Below, in pieces: positions 8,566 through 17,946 of a DNA stretch of 41,856 bases. The notes beneath the pieces are model-generated. The model saw only the letters and a program-made list of their open reading frames with translations, was not told where the DNA came from and searched no databases. The position numbers were made by a program, and so were the translations under genes. Source of the DNA: Candidatus Omnitrophota bacterium (GTDB taxonomy: Bacteria; Omnitrophota; Gorgyraeia; 2-01-FULL-45-10); contig JAFGRN010000014.1 in the NCBI GenBank assembly GCA_016935115.1, forward strand, positions 1 through 41,856. Reading direction: 5' to 3'. The stretch's first letter is position 1. Each line of letters opens with the position of its first letter.

Positions 8566-10877
8566 CATTGAAAAAGATCACGATCCTTCTAGCGGTCTCC
8601 GCGGTTGCCGCTATCTCCATTCCATGTTTTATCCAGGCCCAGCAGGGCGGTAATGACGGCAGGATTGTTACCGCCGTAAAGGCGGAAAATAACAGGGCCA
8701 TCAGCAGCGACTCCATACTCTCCAAGATAAGGACGAAAGCAGGTGATACATTCAGTCAGGATGCCATAAATGAGGATCTCAAGCGGCTTTACGCGACAGA
8801 CTATTTTATGGATGTCTCCGTAGATGTCAGGGATGAAGCAGGTGGAGTGGCCGTGGTATTTATAGTGGAAGAGAAATCAGTAGTCGAAGATATCGCCTTT
8901 AAGGGCAATGTTTCCATAAGGGCGCCGAAGCTGAAAGAATTGATGAAGACGAAGGCTAACGAGATGCTCAACCTGGCCATCCTCGCTCAGGATGTTTCGG
9001 ACATAAAAGAATTCTATTCGAAGAAAGGGTATCCATTTACCGAAGTGAAGTACGAGATAAACGTCGATAAAGATACCAATAAGGCCGTCGTTATCATAGT
9101 GATTGACGAGAAGACAAAAGTAAAAGTTACGAACATAACGATAACCGGAAACAAGGCGATAAAGACGGGCGAGTTAAAAAAGATACTGTCCACAAAAACA
9201 GCATGGTGGTTTAATCCCGGCGTTTTTAAGGATGAAGTCCTCCAGGAGGATATGGACAGGATCAGGTCCATGTACGACGATATAGGATATCTCGACGTTG
9301 AAGTGACGCCGGACCTGCAATACAGCGAAGACGGAGGGGCTCTTAAGATAGAGATCAAGATAAATGAAGGTAAGCAGTATAAGGTAGGCGACGTAGTGCT
9401 CAAGGGGAATCTTGTGCTTTCGGAAAAAGACATATTAAAGAAGATAACCCTGAAGAAGGGCATGCCATTCTCCAACAGGGCGCTCAGGCAGGACTCTGCG
9501 GAAGTGAGGCAGTTATATCAGAATTACGGGTACATGAATGTGGTCCTGGATGTTGAGAGAAACTTGAACCAGTCTACCGGCGATATAGATATAGTATTCA
9601 ACATCGACGCCAAAGAACCCGTATATGTCGGCAGGATAGATATACGCGGGAATATGAAGACAAAGGAACTGGTAGTAAGGAGAGAACTCAGGATCTATCC
9701 GGGAGAGAAGTTTAACGGCGACAAGATAAAGCGGTCCAAAGAGCGCCTCTATAATCTTGGCTTTTTCGAGAATATATCTTTTGACACGGAACCCACGGAG
9801 ACCCCGGATATACAGAACCTGATAGTTACTGTCAAGGAGACGAAGACCGGCGAATTTTCCTTCGGCGGCGGATACAGTTCGGTGGATATGCTTATAGGAT
9901 TTGTCGAGATAACCCAGAGGAATTTTGATATATTGAATTTTCCGACATTTGTCGGCGGCGGGCAGAATCTCTCGATAAAAGCGGAACTTGGCATGACGCG
10001 CAGTAACTATAATATAGGATGGACCGATCCGTGGATATTCGGCTGGCCATACTCTTTCGGGTTTGACCTTTACAGGACGGCTCATGACAGGAAGAACGCG
10101 ATTGGCTGGGCCTATGATGAGTCCAGGATGGGCGGTGACGCGCGTATAGGTAAAGAATTTACTGATGAATTCAGGGGGCTATTGTTATACAGGCTGGAGG
10201 AGATCAAAATATCGAACCTTGCCGAGGGAGCGTCCCAGGACCTTTCCAGGGAAGTCGGTTCAAATCTGATATCGAGCCTTACACTGGATCTTACCTATGA
10301 TACAAGAGACAATATATATACCCCATCCAGGGGTGTTGTCGCGAACGGATCGATAGAAGGCGCGGGAGGTATATTCCTCGGAGATAAGGACTTTATAAAA
10401 GGGACAGGCACACTGGTGTATTACCATACGTTTTTCGGAAAGATATTGCTTGAACTGAAAGGCCGTGGCGGAATGGCCGGGGCTTACAGCAGCACGGATG
10501 AAGTCCCCATATATGAAAGATTCTTTGCCGGAGGCGCAAATACCATACGCGGCTATAAAGAGAGAAGGGTCGGCCCCAGGGATGCCGGCTCCAACCAGCC
10601 CATAGGAGGCGATGCCATAGCCATAGGAAACGCGGAAGTCACATTTCCTATTTTTGAGAAGATTATAAAGGGCGCGGTTTTTTACGATATAGGTAATGCA
10701 TGGAGAGATGCCAGTGATTTCATTGTAGGGGGAAATTATAAATACGGGGCCGGTGTAGGCGTCAGGATAAAAACTCCTATAGGCCCGGTAAAAGTCGACT
10801 ACGGTTATCCGCTTATAGGTAATTACGATGATGACAGGACGGGAGAGTTCTATTTCAGCATGAGCAGGGGATTTTAA
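8562..10877 (+). CDS. bamA: Outer membrane protein assembly factor
   Basis: Signal peptide, POTRA repeats, GGGYSS, IRGY motif, TPIGPVKVDYG, C-terminal F. Confidence 0.95.
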   Translation: MTLKKITILLAVSAVAAISIPCFIQAQQGGNDGRIVTAVKAENNRAISSDSILSKIRTKAGDTFSQDAINEDLKRLYATDYFMDVSVDVRDEAGGVAVVFIVEEKSVVEDIAFKGNVSIRAPKLKELMKTKANEMLNLAILAQDVSDIKEFYSKKGYPFTEVKYEINVDKDTNKAVVIIVIDEKTKVKVTNITITGNKAIKTGELKKILSTKTAWWFNPGVFKDEVLQEDMDRIRSMYDDIGYLDVEVTPDLQYSEDGGALKIEIKINEGKQYKVGDVVLKGNLVLSEKDILKKITLKKGMPFSNRALRQDSAEVRQLYQNYGYMNVVLDVERNLNQSTGDIDIVFNIDAKEPVYVGRIDIRGNMKTKELVVRRELRIYPGEKFNGDKIKRSKERLYNLGFFENISFDTEPTETPDIQNLIVTVKETKTGEFSFGGGYSSVDMLIGFVEITQRNFDILNFPTFVGGGQNLSIKAELGMTRSNYNIGWTDPWIFGWPYSFGFDLYRTAHDRKNAIGWAYDESRMGGDARIGKEFTDEFRGLLLYRLEEIKISNLAEGASQDLSREVGSNLISSLTLDLTYDTRDNIYTPSRGVVANGSIEGAGGIFLGDKDFIKGTGTLVYYHTFFGKILLELKGRGGMAGAYSSTDEVPIYERFFAGGANTIRGYKERRVGPRDAGSNQPIGGDAIAIGNAEVTFPIFEKIIKGAVFYDIGNAWRDASDFIVGGNYKYGAGVGVRIKTPIGPVKVDYGYPLIGNYDDDRTGEFYFSMSRGF

Positions 10878-10892
10878 CCAAGGAGGAGTGCG

Positions 10893-11396
10893 ATGAAGAA
10901 GTCGGTTGTGTTATTGACGGCAGTGATATTTGTCGCGGGCATGTTCTTGGGGGTATCGCAGGTTTCCGCGAAAGAATACAAGATAGGTTATGTGGATCTG
11001 GCCAAGGTCTTCGATGATTTTAAGAAGACGAAGGAGTCAGAGAAGGAGCTGGAAACAAAAGGCAAGGCCAAAGAGGCCGAGCGCAACAAGATGGTCGACG
11101 AGCTGAGGAAGCTTAAAGACGAGCAGGCCCTTCTTTCCGAGAAAGCCAAAGCTGAGAAGCAAACCATAATAGATAATAAGATAAAGGCGCTTCAGGATTT
11201 TGACAGAAAGACCAGGGATGATCTTATGAAAGAGAGGAATGATATACTTTCCGCGATCCTCAAAGATATAGAGAAAGTGGTTACCGAATATTCCAAAGCC
11301 AATGGCTATGACATCATCCTTAATTCGCGCATGCTTCTTTATGCCGACGAAACGTATGATCTCACCAAAGAGATATTGGCAAGACTCAACAAGTAG
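10893..11396 (+). CDS. skp: OmpH/Skp periplasmic chaperone
   Basis: Signal peptide, KIGYVD, coiled coil, DLTKEIL; follows bamA. Confidence 0.92.
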   Translation: MKKSVVLLTAVIFVAGMFLGVSQVSAKEYKIGYVDLAKVFDDFKKTKESEKELETKGKAKEAERNKMVDELRKLKDEQALLSEKAKAEKQTIIDNKIKALQDFDRKTRDDLMKERNDILSAILKDIEKVVTEYSKANGYDIILNSRMLLYADETYDLTKEILARLNK

Positions 11397-11410
11397 TGTT
11401 TATAATACCT

Positions 11411-11446
11411 GCGAAGCCTGCCTTATAAGCAGGCTTCGTGTTTTTT
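11411..11446 (+). terminator. Rho-independent terminator
   Basis: GCGAAGCCTGC/GCAGGCTTCGT stem followed by GTTTTTT. Confidence 0.8.
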
Positions 11447-11459
11447 AAAGGAAGAGGTA

Positions 11460-12296
11460 ATGAAACAGCGCACGATAAGAAACACGATCCGCATAGAAGG
11501 CGTGGGCCTGCAAACCGGCAATAAGGTTTCGCTTATATTAAAAAGCTCGCCGGAGAATAGCGGCATAAGCTTTATCAGGACGGACCTTGCGGAGAAACCT
11601 TTATTAAATCTGCGCTCGATAGAATTTGGCGCGGGCGGGACGGCTGAGCGCAGGACGACTGTAGGGCTGGGGCCCATGCAGATACAGACCACGGAACATC
11701 TCCTGGCTGCCCTGGCAGGCATTGGCATAGATAATATCGTCATAGAGATGAATAATGTGGAGCTGCCCGGACTTGACGGCAGCGCAAAAGGATTCCTTAA
11801 TTCTATTAAGAAGGCGGGCATAGCTGAACAGAATGAGGAAAAGAAATTTCTGGACCTGAAATCCCCATTGTGGTGTTCTTCAGGGGATTCTTTTCTTGCG
11901 ATATTTCCCGATGAATGTTTCAGTGTTACTTATATGCTGTCGTATCCCGGGATCGGCACGCATCTCTTCAACGCGATGATAGATGAAAAATATTTTGAGA
12001 AAGAGATAGCGCCAGCAAGGACCTTCTGTTCCCAGGCCGAAGCGATGGAGCTTTTGAAGAGAGGGCTCGGCAAAGGCGCAAACTATGATAATACGCTTGT
12101 CATGGGCCCGAACGGCCCGATAAACAATACGCTGAGGTTTACCGATGAGCCGCTCAGGCATAAAGTTCTTGATCTGATGGGGGACCTCTATCTGGCGGGA
12201 AGGCCGGTAAAGGGCCGTGTCATTGCCGTGAAGAGCGGGCATAAATTAAATATGGAGCTTGTGGGCAAGCTAAGGTCGCAAAAGATTTCTCGCTAA
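11460..12296 (+). CDS. lpxC: UDP-3-O-acyl-GlcNAc deacetylase
   Basis: QRTI..GVGL, TTEHLLAAL, DGSA, ARTF, HKVLDLMGDL, SGH. Confidence 0.94.
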   Translation: MKQRTIRNTIRIEGVGLQTGNKVSLILKSSPENSGISFIRTDLAEKPLLNLRSIEFGAGGTAERRTTVGLGPMQIQTTEHLLAALAGIGIDNIVIEMNNVELPGLDGSAKGFLNSIKKAGIAEQNEEKKFLDLKSPLWCSSGDSFLAIFPDECFSVTYMLSYPGIGTHLFNAMIDEKYFEKEIAPARTFCSQAEAMELLKRGLGKGANYDNTLVMGPNGPINNTLRFTDEPLRHKVLDLMGDLYLAGRPVKGRVIAVKSGHKLNMELVGKLRSQKISR

Positions 12297-12347
12297 AGCT
12301 CGAGATTGTTATCTTGAGTCAGGCGGGGGATAACAAGGAGATTTGAA

Positions 12348-12818
12348 ATGGGAAATGAAGAACAGGATATAACAGGCAAGGCGCTCGATATAAATACGAT
12401 AATGAAGATACTGCCGCACAGATATCCTTTTCTTCTGGTCGACAGGGTGCTTGAAGTTTCTGAGAATAGGATAGTCGGCATAAAGAACGTTACGATGAAT
12501 GAGCTCTTCTTCCAGGGTCATTTTCCGGGAAAACCCATAATGCCAGGGGTATTGATCCTGGAGGCGATGGCCCAGGCCGGAGGCGTAGGTGCCCTGAGCC
12601 ATAAAGATAATGTGGGCAAGCTTGCGTACTTCCTTTCCATAAATAATGCCAAATTCCGCAAGCCGGTGGTGCCGGGCGATACGCTCAGGATGGAGATAGA
12701 TATTACCAAGAGGAAGACCAGTATTCTCCAGTGCCGCGCGGTCGCCAAGGTCGATGGCGAGGTAGTGACGGAGGCAGAGATGACATTTGCGCTCATAAAA
12801 CCCAATGAGGCCGAGTAA
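12348..12818 (+). CDS. fabZ: 3-hydroxyacyl-ACP dehydratase
   Basis: [43 protein letters not shown]. Confidence 0.96.
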   Translation: MGNEEQDITGKALDINTIMKILPHRYPFLLVDRVLEVSENRIVGIKNVTMNELFFQGHFPGKPIMPGVLILEAMAQAGGVGALSHKDNVGKLAYFLSINNAKFRKPVVPGDTLRMEIDITKRKTSILQCRAVAKVDGEVVTEAEMTFALIKPNEAE

Positions 12819-12823
12819 CGGTT

Positions 12824-13627
12824 ATGGCAACGATAGGTCTCGTCGCTGGGTCGGGAAAGCTTCCGGCGATATTTTCGGACTCTGCCAGGCAGCGGGGGGA
12901 TAAGGTAATAGGCATAGGCCTGAAGGGGGTTACCCCTCCGGAGATAGAGAACCATGTTGATAAGTTTATCTGGTTTGAACTGGCGGCATTGCAGAAGATG
13001 ATCTTTGCGGCCGTTTCGAACCGGATAACCAAAATTGTTCTTCTGGGAAAGCTTAGGAAAGACATCTTCTTCAAGAATACGGAAGGATTCGACGAGGATA
13101 CAAGGAAGATCCTGGGCAAACTTACGGATAAAAAGGATTATTCGATGCTCAATAAAGTATCCGAAACTCTCTCGAAGTTCGGCATGGAGGTGCTGGATCC
13201 CACTCCTTATCTGAAGGATTATATGCCGTCTAAAGGCGTCCTTACCAGGCGGCACCCTTCGGAAGATGAGGCAAAGGACCTGGAATATGCCAGGAAGATA
13301 GCTCTGGAGAACGCCGGGCGGGACATAGGACAGGCCGTGGCGGTAAAAAACAGGACGGTCATAGCCATCGAGGCGGTCGAAGGTACAGATGAGATGATAG
13401 CCCGCGCGGGAAGCCTCTCCGGCCGGGGCTTTGTTGTGGCAAAGGTCGCGCGGCCCGAGCAGGACATGCGGTTCGACGTACCGCTCGTCGGGCTCGAGAC
13501 CGTCGAGGCCCTGGTGAAGGCAGGAGCTACGGCGCTTTCCATAGAAGCGGGCAGGACATTCCTCATAGACAGGGAAGAGATAATAAAGCTCGCCGACGAA
13601 AAATCCCTCTCCATAGTCATAGTGTAG
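12824..13627 (+). CDS. lpxI: UDP-2,3-diacylglucosamine diphosphatase LpxI
   Basis: GLVAGSGKLP, DIGQAVAV, AIEAVEGTD, QDMRFDVP. Confidence 0.92.
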   Translation: MATIGLVAGSGKLPAIFSDSARQRGDKVIGIGLKGVTPPEIENHVDKFIWFELAALQKMIFAAVSNRITKIVLLGKLRKDIFFKNTEGFDEDTRKILGKLTDKKDYSMLNKVSETLSKFGMEVLDPTPYLKDYMPSKGVLTRRHPSEDEAKDLEYARKIALENAGRDIGQAVAVKNRTVIAIEAVEGTDEMIARAGSLSGRGFVVAKVARPEQDMRFDVPLVGLETVEALVKAGATALSIEAGRTFLIDREEIIKLADEKSLSIVIV

Positions 13628-13638
13628 CTCCTCCGCAG

Positions 13639-13763
13639 TAGCGAAAATATCCCCCGCTCGTACCAGGTATCTTTCGGCATACCTATAAGGGAAAGTGTTA
13701 CAAGGCTCCCCACCCGGGCTGTAAGGGCTGACTACGGATGAGAAGCCGGGGATATTTTTGCTA
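13639..13763. repeat. MITE/REP-like element, copy A, with 16-bp terminal inverted repeats
   Basis: TAGCGAAAATATCCCC (13639-13654) / GGGGATATTTTTGCTA (13748-13763); internal 24-mer 13711-13734 is the exact reverse complement of 35148-35171. Confidence 0.85.
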
Positions 13764-13843
13764 TGGAAGCAGCTGCCGGGGACAGGTCTGAGAAGGATTT
13801 TGAAAACGTCCCTGATTCTACAGTAGCGAGGAGAGGGAGAGTT

Positions 13844-13852
13844 TGTTATAAT
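13844..13852 (+). promoter_or_regulatory. Extended -10 promoter for the hyp operon
   Basis: TG-T-TATAAT ending 9 nt before ATG 13862. Confidence 0.55.
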
Positions 13853-13861
13853 AGAATCCCT

Positions 13862-14992
13862 ATGAAGACCATAAAGCTGCCGTTTAATGTCCGGAAGGCG
13901 GTACTGGCGTGCGGAGCCGATATGAAGGGCGCTTTTGCCCTTGCGAAAGGCCGTAATGCGTATCTCTTCGAAGGTTTCGGGGACCTGGGCGATCCGGCGA
14001 ATATGTCTAAGTATGAGAGATCCGTCGCTTTATACGAGAAGAAGCTTGGCATAATACCGCGTATCATCGCCTGTGACCACCATCCGGGATACCATTCGAC
14101 CCGCTTCGCGGAGATGCACGGCCTGCGGCTCTTGATCCCGAATCTTTGCGATGTACAGCACCACGAGGCCCATATAGCGGCCGCGATCGCGGATAACGGC
14201 ATAAAGGGCGATGTAATAGGGGTGGCGTTCGACGGTACGGGCCTTGGCTGGGACGGTTGTATATGGGGAGGGGAGTTCTTTACCGGGAACATCAGGAGAT
14301 TAAAGCGCGCGGCGCACCTGGAGTATATTCCAATGCCCGGAGGCGAAATGGCGGTGAAAGAGCCCTGGCGGATGGCGCTTGCCTATCTCTACAGGGCATA
14401 CGGCAGCAGCCTGTTTAAACTTAATATACCTATGGCAAAGAAGCTCAATAAGAAACACCGGCTTATAATGAAGAAGATGCTCCGCGGCGGAATAAACTCG
14501 CCGCTCACATCGAGCGCCGGAAGGCTCTTCGATGCCGCCTCAAGCATAGTGCTATCCAGGGAGAAGACGTCATTCGAAGCCGAGCTGCCGGTGATAATGG
14601 AGAAGATCGCATCCGGCGACCGTGATGAGCATTACAGGTTTGACATTTGTACTGAGCGCGGAATGCGTATCATAGAGGCAGCCGGTATAATGAGAGGCAT
14701 GATCCGTGATATCGAGTCCGGTATAGATAAAGGGGTAATATCCGCCAAATTTCATAATACCGTAGCGCATATAATAACCGCCGTAGCGCTGCTTATAAGG
14801 CAGCGCTACGGAGTGAACAGGGTCGTTTTGAGCGGTGGAGTGTTCCAGAACCATTACCTGACCGGGAGATCTGTGAGCCTTTTACGTAAATCGGATTTCA
14901 GTGTTTATACCAATTCCGGCATCAATACGAATGATTACGGAATACCTATAGGGCAGGTGGCGATCGCGAATGCGAGGGGTGTATGTGCCTAG
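13862..14992 (+). CDS. hypF: HypF carbamoyltransferase, C-terminal Kae1-like domain only
   Basis: CDHHPGY, QHHEAH, DGTGLG.DG..WGGE, SSAGRLFDA, SGGVFQN, ND.GI..GQ; no acylphosphatase, Zn-finger or YrdC regions. Confidence 0.85.
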   Translation: MKTIKLPFNVRKAVLACGADMKGAFALAKGRNAYLFEGFGDLGDPANMSKYERSVALYEKKLGIIPRIIACDHHPGYHSTRFAEMHGLRLLIPNLCDVQHHEAHIAAAIADNGIKGDVIGVAFDGTGLGWDGCIWGGEFFTGNIRRLKRAAHLEYIPMPGGEMAVKEPWRMALAYLYRAYGSSLFKLNIPMAKKLNKKHRLIMKKMLRGGINSPLTSSAGRLFDAASSIVLSREKTSFEAELPVIMEKIASGDRDEHYRFDICTERGMRIIEAAGIMRGMIRDIESGIDKGVISAKFHNTVAHIITAVALLIRQRYGVNRVVLSGGVFQNHYLTGRSVSLLRKSDFSVYTNSGINTNDYGIPIGQVAIANARGVCA

Positions 14993-15189
14993 CTATCCCA
15001 ATGAAAGTCATAAAGATCGATGGTGATGAATGCCTGGTGGAATCCGGCGGCCTGGAGCGCAGGGCTAATCTGGCGCTTCTTGAGGGTGTGAAGAGAGGCG
15101 ATTATATACTGTTGCATGCCGGCTTTGCGATAGAGAAACTTGATCCCGCAGAGGCCAGGAAGACCCTGCGGCTTATCAATGAATCATGA
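14983..15189 (+). CDS. hypC: Hydrogenase maturation chaperone
   Basis: MCLAIP, GDYILLHAGFAI. Confidence 0.95.
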   Translation: MCLAIPMKVIKIDGDECLVESGGLERRANLALLEGVKRGDYILLHAGFAIEKLDPAEARKTLRLINES

Positions 15190-15199
15190 GGGGGCAGAT

Positions 15200-16867
15200 A
15201 TGAGAAGATGGATAAATTTTATCATCGTAGTATTATTAATGTTTGGCATAACCTATGCCGCCGCGGCCGCGGCTGACGGAGATCTTCGCTGGGACGATGC
15301 CGCCCAATGGTCGACAAATGCCGATAGCGGCTGTTTTGTAAAGGTGAACGGATTCACCGGCGAAAACGATGACGGCCTTAGGATAGATTATAGACTGAAG
15401 CCCGAAGGCGGATGGGTCGCATTGTCGAAGGTCGTTATAGGCCGAATAGATCAAGATACCCCTGTAAAATTCCTTATTAAGGCATCATCTTCGGATGATA
15501 TAGAGATGAAGTTCGTAGATGTCGATTCATCTATCTTCGGCAAGAAAGTGGCGTTGAATAGATACGGCCGGTGGACCGAAGTGGTGATCTATCCCGGCAA
15601 TACTGATCACTGGTGGGGAGGCGACGACAACCTCGACCAGATAGTGACATTCGAGATCGCCGTATCGGGCAAAGGCTCAGGCAGGATCTTTATAGACGAG
15701 ATCGGGACCGGAAAAACCGGCACGGAGGCCAGTTTTGTGCAGGGAGGCCCGGCACTCGATCCGGACAGGGAGCTTGCAGGGATAGGTTTCAGGCAGCGCC
15801 GCGCCTCGGAGATGATGGCAGAAGACCCGCTTGTCGTCGAATATCTTAAGGTTATGCAGGACCGTTCGTCACCGGACAGGAAGCTTGTGCCGTCGATGGA
15901 AGATAATATGGCACAGACTTTTAATAACAGTATCGTCGCAATGGCATTTATACTGAAAGGCGAACGCGAAAGAGCGGAGCGCATACTTGATTTTTACGCG
16001 AATGCCACGAGAGTAAATAACGATGATCTTTATCTGCAGAACTTCTTCTATAAAGGCCAGCCGCGCGGATTTTACCAGTTTGTATTTCTCAATGACCAGC
16101 CGGGAACCGCAGCATACCACAACTCTGGTGATTCCGACAGGTGGATAGGGGATATGGCATGGCTGCTGATCGCCTACAAGTATTATGAAAAGGAATACGG
16201 TTCGGACAGGTATGGTAAGATCATAGGGCTGATAAAGGACCTCCTTAAATTTTATTATAAAGAAGAAGGCGGCGGCGGTTACATCCAGCACGGCTGGCGC
16301 CGGGGAGACAGTAAGCTTCATGAAGACTATGGCCATCCGGAAGCGAATATAGACTGTTATGCCGCCCTGAAACTTTGCGGCGAGGATGAGTATGCCGGGA
16401 AGATAAAGAAATGGATCGATGAGAATGTCAAGGGCAACAGCCTCGCCCTCGATAATTATACATGGCGCGTTCTTGCCTTCGGCAAAGATTACGAAGGCCT
16501 GCTCAATATACCAGAATACGATTTCAGGTACAGGAAGACGATGGATCATAAAGGCGCCAGGGTGGCGGGATTTTTTCATGGCCCCGATATCGAGATGGAG
16601 AATATCTGGGTTGACGGAACGGGCCATATGGCATGCGCCTTCATGGAGGTGGGGCAGTTGGAGCGCGGTTATTTCTACGCGAATCAGATGGATCCGATCA
16701 TTTTCGACAGGTATTTTTCCGGCAAGCGCACGAGGGCGCTTCCGTATACGCTTAATAAGGCCGGCGGTTATGATTGGGTCGATACGTCGAAAGGCTTTGT
16801 CTCATGCGCCGCCTGGTATATATTTGCCAAGAACAGATTTAATCCCATGACACTGGAGAAGAATTGA
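15200..16867 (+). CDS. Secreted hypothetical protein: carbohydrate-binding-like beta-sandwich plus putative (alpha/alpha)6 glycosidase-like domain
   Basis: ATG 15200 after GAGGGG; signal peptide; N-half resembles CBM11/CIA30 (LRIDY..GWV, W.EV.I, GRIFIDEI); helical aromatic-rich C-half; fold is inference. Confidence 0.6.
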   Translation: MRRWINFIIVVLLMFGITYAAAAAADGDLRWDDAAQWSTNADSGCFVKVNGFTGENDDGLRIDYRLKPEGGWVALSKVVIGRIDQDTPVKFLIKASSSDDIEMKFVDVDSSIFGKKVALNRYGRWTEVVIYPGNTDHWWGGDDNLDQIVTFEIAVSGKGSGRIFIDEIGTGKTGTEASFVQGGPALDPDRELAGIGFRQRRASEMMAEDPLVVEYLKVMQDRSSPDRKLVPSMEDNMAQTFNNSIVAMAFILKGERERAERILDFYANATRVNNDDLYLQNFFYKGQPRGFYQFVFLNDQPGTAAYHNSGDSDRWIGDMAWLLIAYKYYEKEYGSDRYGKIIGLIKDLLKFYYKEEGGGGYIQHGWRRGDSKLHEDYGHPEANIDCYAALKLCGEDEYAGKIKKWIDENVKGNSLALDNYTWRVLAFGKDYEGLLNIPEYDFRYRKTMDHKGARVAGFFHGPDIEMENIWVDGTGHMACAFMEVGQLERGYFYANQMDPIIFDRYFSGKRTRALPYTLNKAGGYDWVDTSKGFVSCAAWYIFAKNRFNPMTLEKN

Positions 16868-17946
16868 AATACATAGACGAGTTTAGAAGAAAACCGCTTA
16901 TTGGGAAGCTCGCCGGAAGAATAAGAGCCGCCGCGGAGAGGGGCCGCTCCCATTCTTTTATGGAGGTCTGCGGTACGCATACCATGGCAATATTCAGGTT
17001 CGGCTTGCGCGAATTATTGCCGCGGAATATAATGCTAACCTCCGGCCCGGGATGCCCCGTCTGTGTCACGCCGGACAGTTATATCGATCACGCCGCGGCA
17101 ATAGCGCGGTTGCCGGGGATTATCATGGCCACTTTCGGAGACATGCTGCGCGTACCGGGCACTCGATTGAGTCTGGAGAAGGAGCGTTCCCGCGGTAGGG
17201 TTATAAAGACAGTCTATTCTACCGACGACGCGCTCAATATCGCCCGGAACAACCCGGGTAAAGAAGTGGTCTTCCTGGGAGTCGGATTCGAGACTACTGT
17301 CCCAACGGTGGCAGCGTCGATAATCACGGCGGCTAAGGAGGGCATTGGAAACTATTCAGTGCTCTCTACACATAAAACTATGCCGGAAGCGCTTAGGGCA
17401 TTGGCAGAAGACAGGAGCATAAGAGTTGACGGGTTTATACTGCCCGGCCATGTCGGCGTGATAACAGGCTCCGCGCCCTATGGGTTCCTTTCAAAGAAAT
17501 TTGGTATAAGATCCGTAATAGCTGGATTTGAACCGACCGATATATTACAGGCGATACTTATGCTTTTAAGGCAGAAGAAGCCCCGCCTGGAAGTGCAGTA
17601 TTCGAGAGCGATACATCCCGGCGGTAATGCCCTTGCCCGCAGAATAACGGGAAGAGTCTTTGAGCCATGCCCGTCCGTATGGCGCGGCATCGGCAAGATC
17701 GAAAAAAGCGGGTTGAGGATAAGAAAAAAATATTCGCGTTTCGATGCGGCGCTTAAATTTGGCGTAAAAGTCGCGCCGGGGCGCGTAAATAAGGACTGTA
17801 TTTGCGGCGAAATCCTTAAGGGCAAGAAGACGCCCTATGAGTGCAGGTTATTCGGCAGGGCCTGCAATCCGGATAATCCCGTGGGCGCATGCATGGTTTC
17901 GGGCGAAGGCACATGCGCCGCGTACTACAGGTTCGGAAAGAGATGA
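16864..17946 (+). CDS. hypD: Hydrogenase maturation protein
   Basis: MEVCGTHT, GPGCPVC, GFETT, PGHV, C-terminal Cys cluster ending GACMVSGEGTC. Confidence 0.97.
   Translation: MKYIDEFRRKPLIGKLAGRIRAAAERGRSHSFMEVCGTHTMAIFRFGLRELLPRNIMLTSGPGCPVCVTPDSYIDHAAAIARLPGIIMATFGDMLRVPGTRLSLEKERSRGRVIKTVYSTDDALNIARNNPGKEVVFLGVGFETTVPTVAASIITAAKEGIGNYSVLSTHKTMPEALRALAEDRSIRVDGFILPGHVGVITGSAPYGFLSKKFGIRSVIAGFEPTDILQAILMLLRQKKPRLEVQYSRAIHPGGNALARRITGRVFEPCPSVWRGIGKIEKSGLRIRKKYSRFDAALKFGVKVAPGRVNKDCICGEILKGKKTPYECRLFGRACNPDNPVGACMVSGEGTCAAYYRFGKR

Noticed and set aside
12294-12350. lpxC and fabZ are in the same frame, suggesting a broken or read-through LpxC-FabZ fusion
   Set aside because: Two in-frame stops (TAA, TGA) intervene and fabZ has its own SD (AAGGAG); same frame is expected one time in three
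13639-13763. TA at both ends of copy A as an IS630/mariner-type target duplication
   Set aside because: Copy B has TA only on the left and copy D lacks it, so a TSD cannot be supported
13763-13861. 33-aa N-terminal extension of HypF in the ORF track (similar extensions for prs, hypE, the large subunit and the 575-aa ORF)
   Set aside because: The extensions overlap repeat, promoter or upstream coding sequence and have no domain character; downstream ATGs fit better
14942-14952. ATACCTATAGG inside hypF, matching the element loop motif
   Set aside because: Isolated 11-mer encoding conserved-region residues (IPIG), without flanking stems; probably chance
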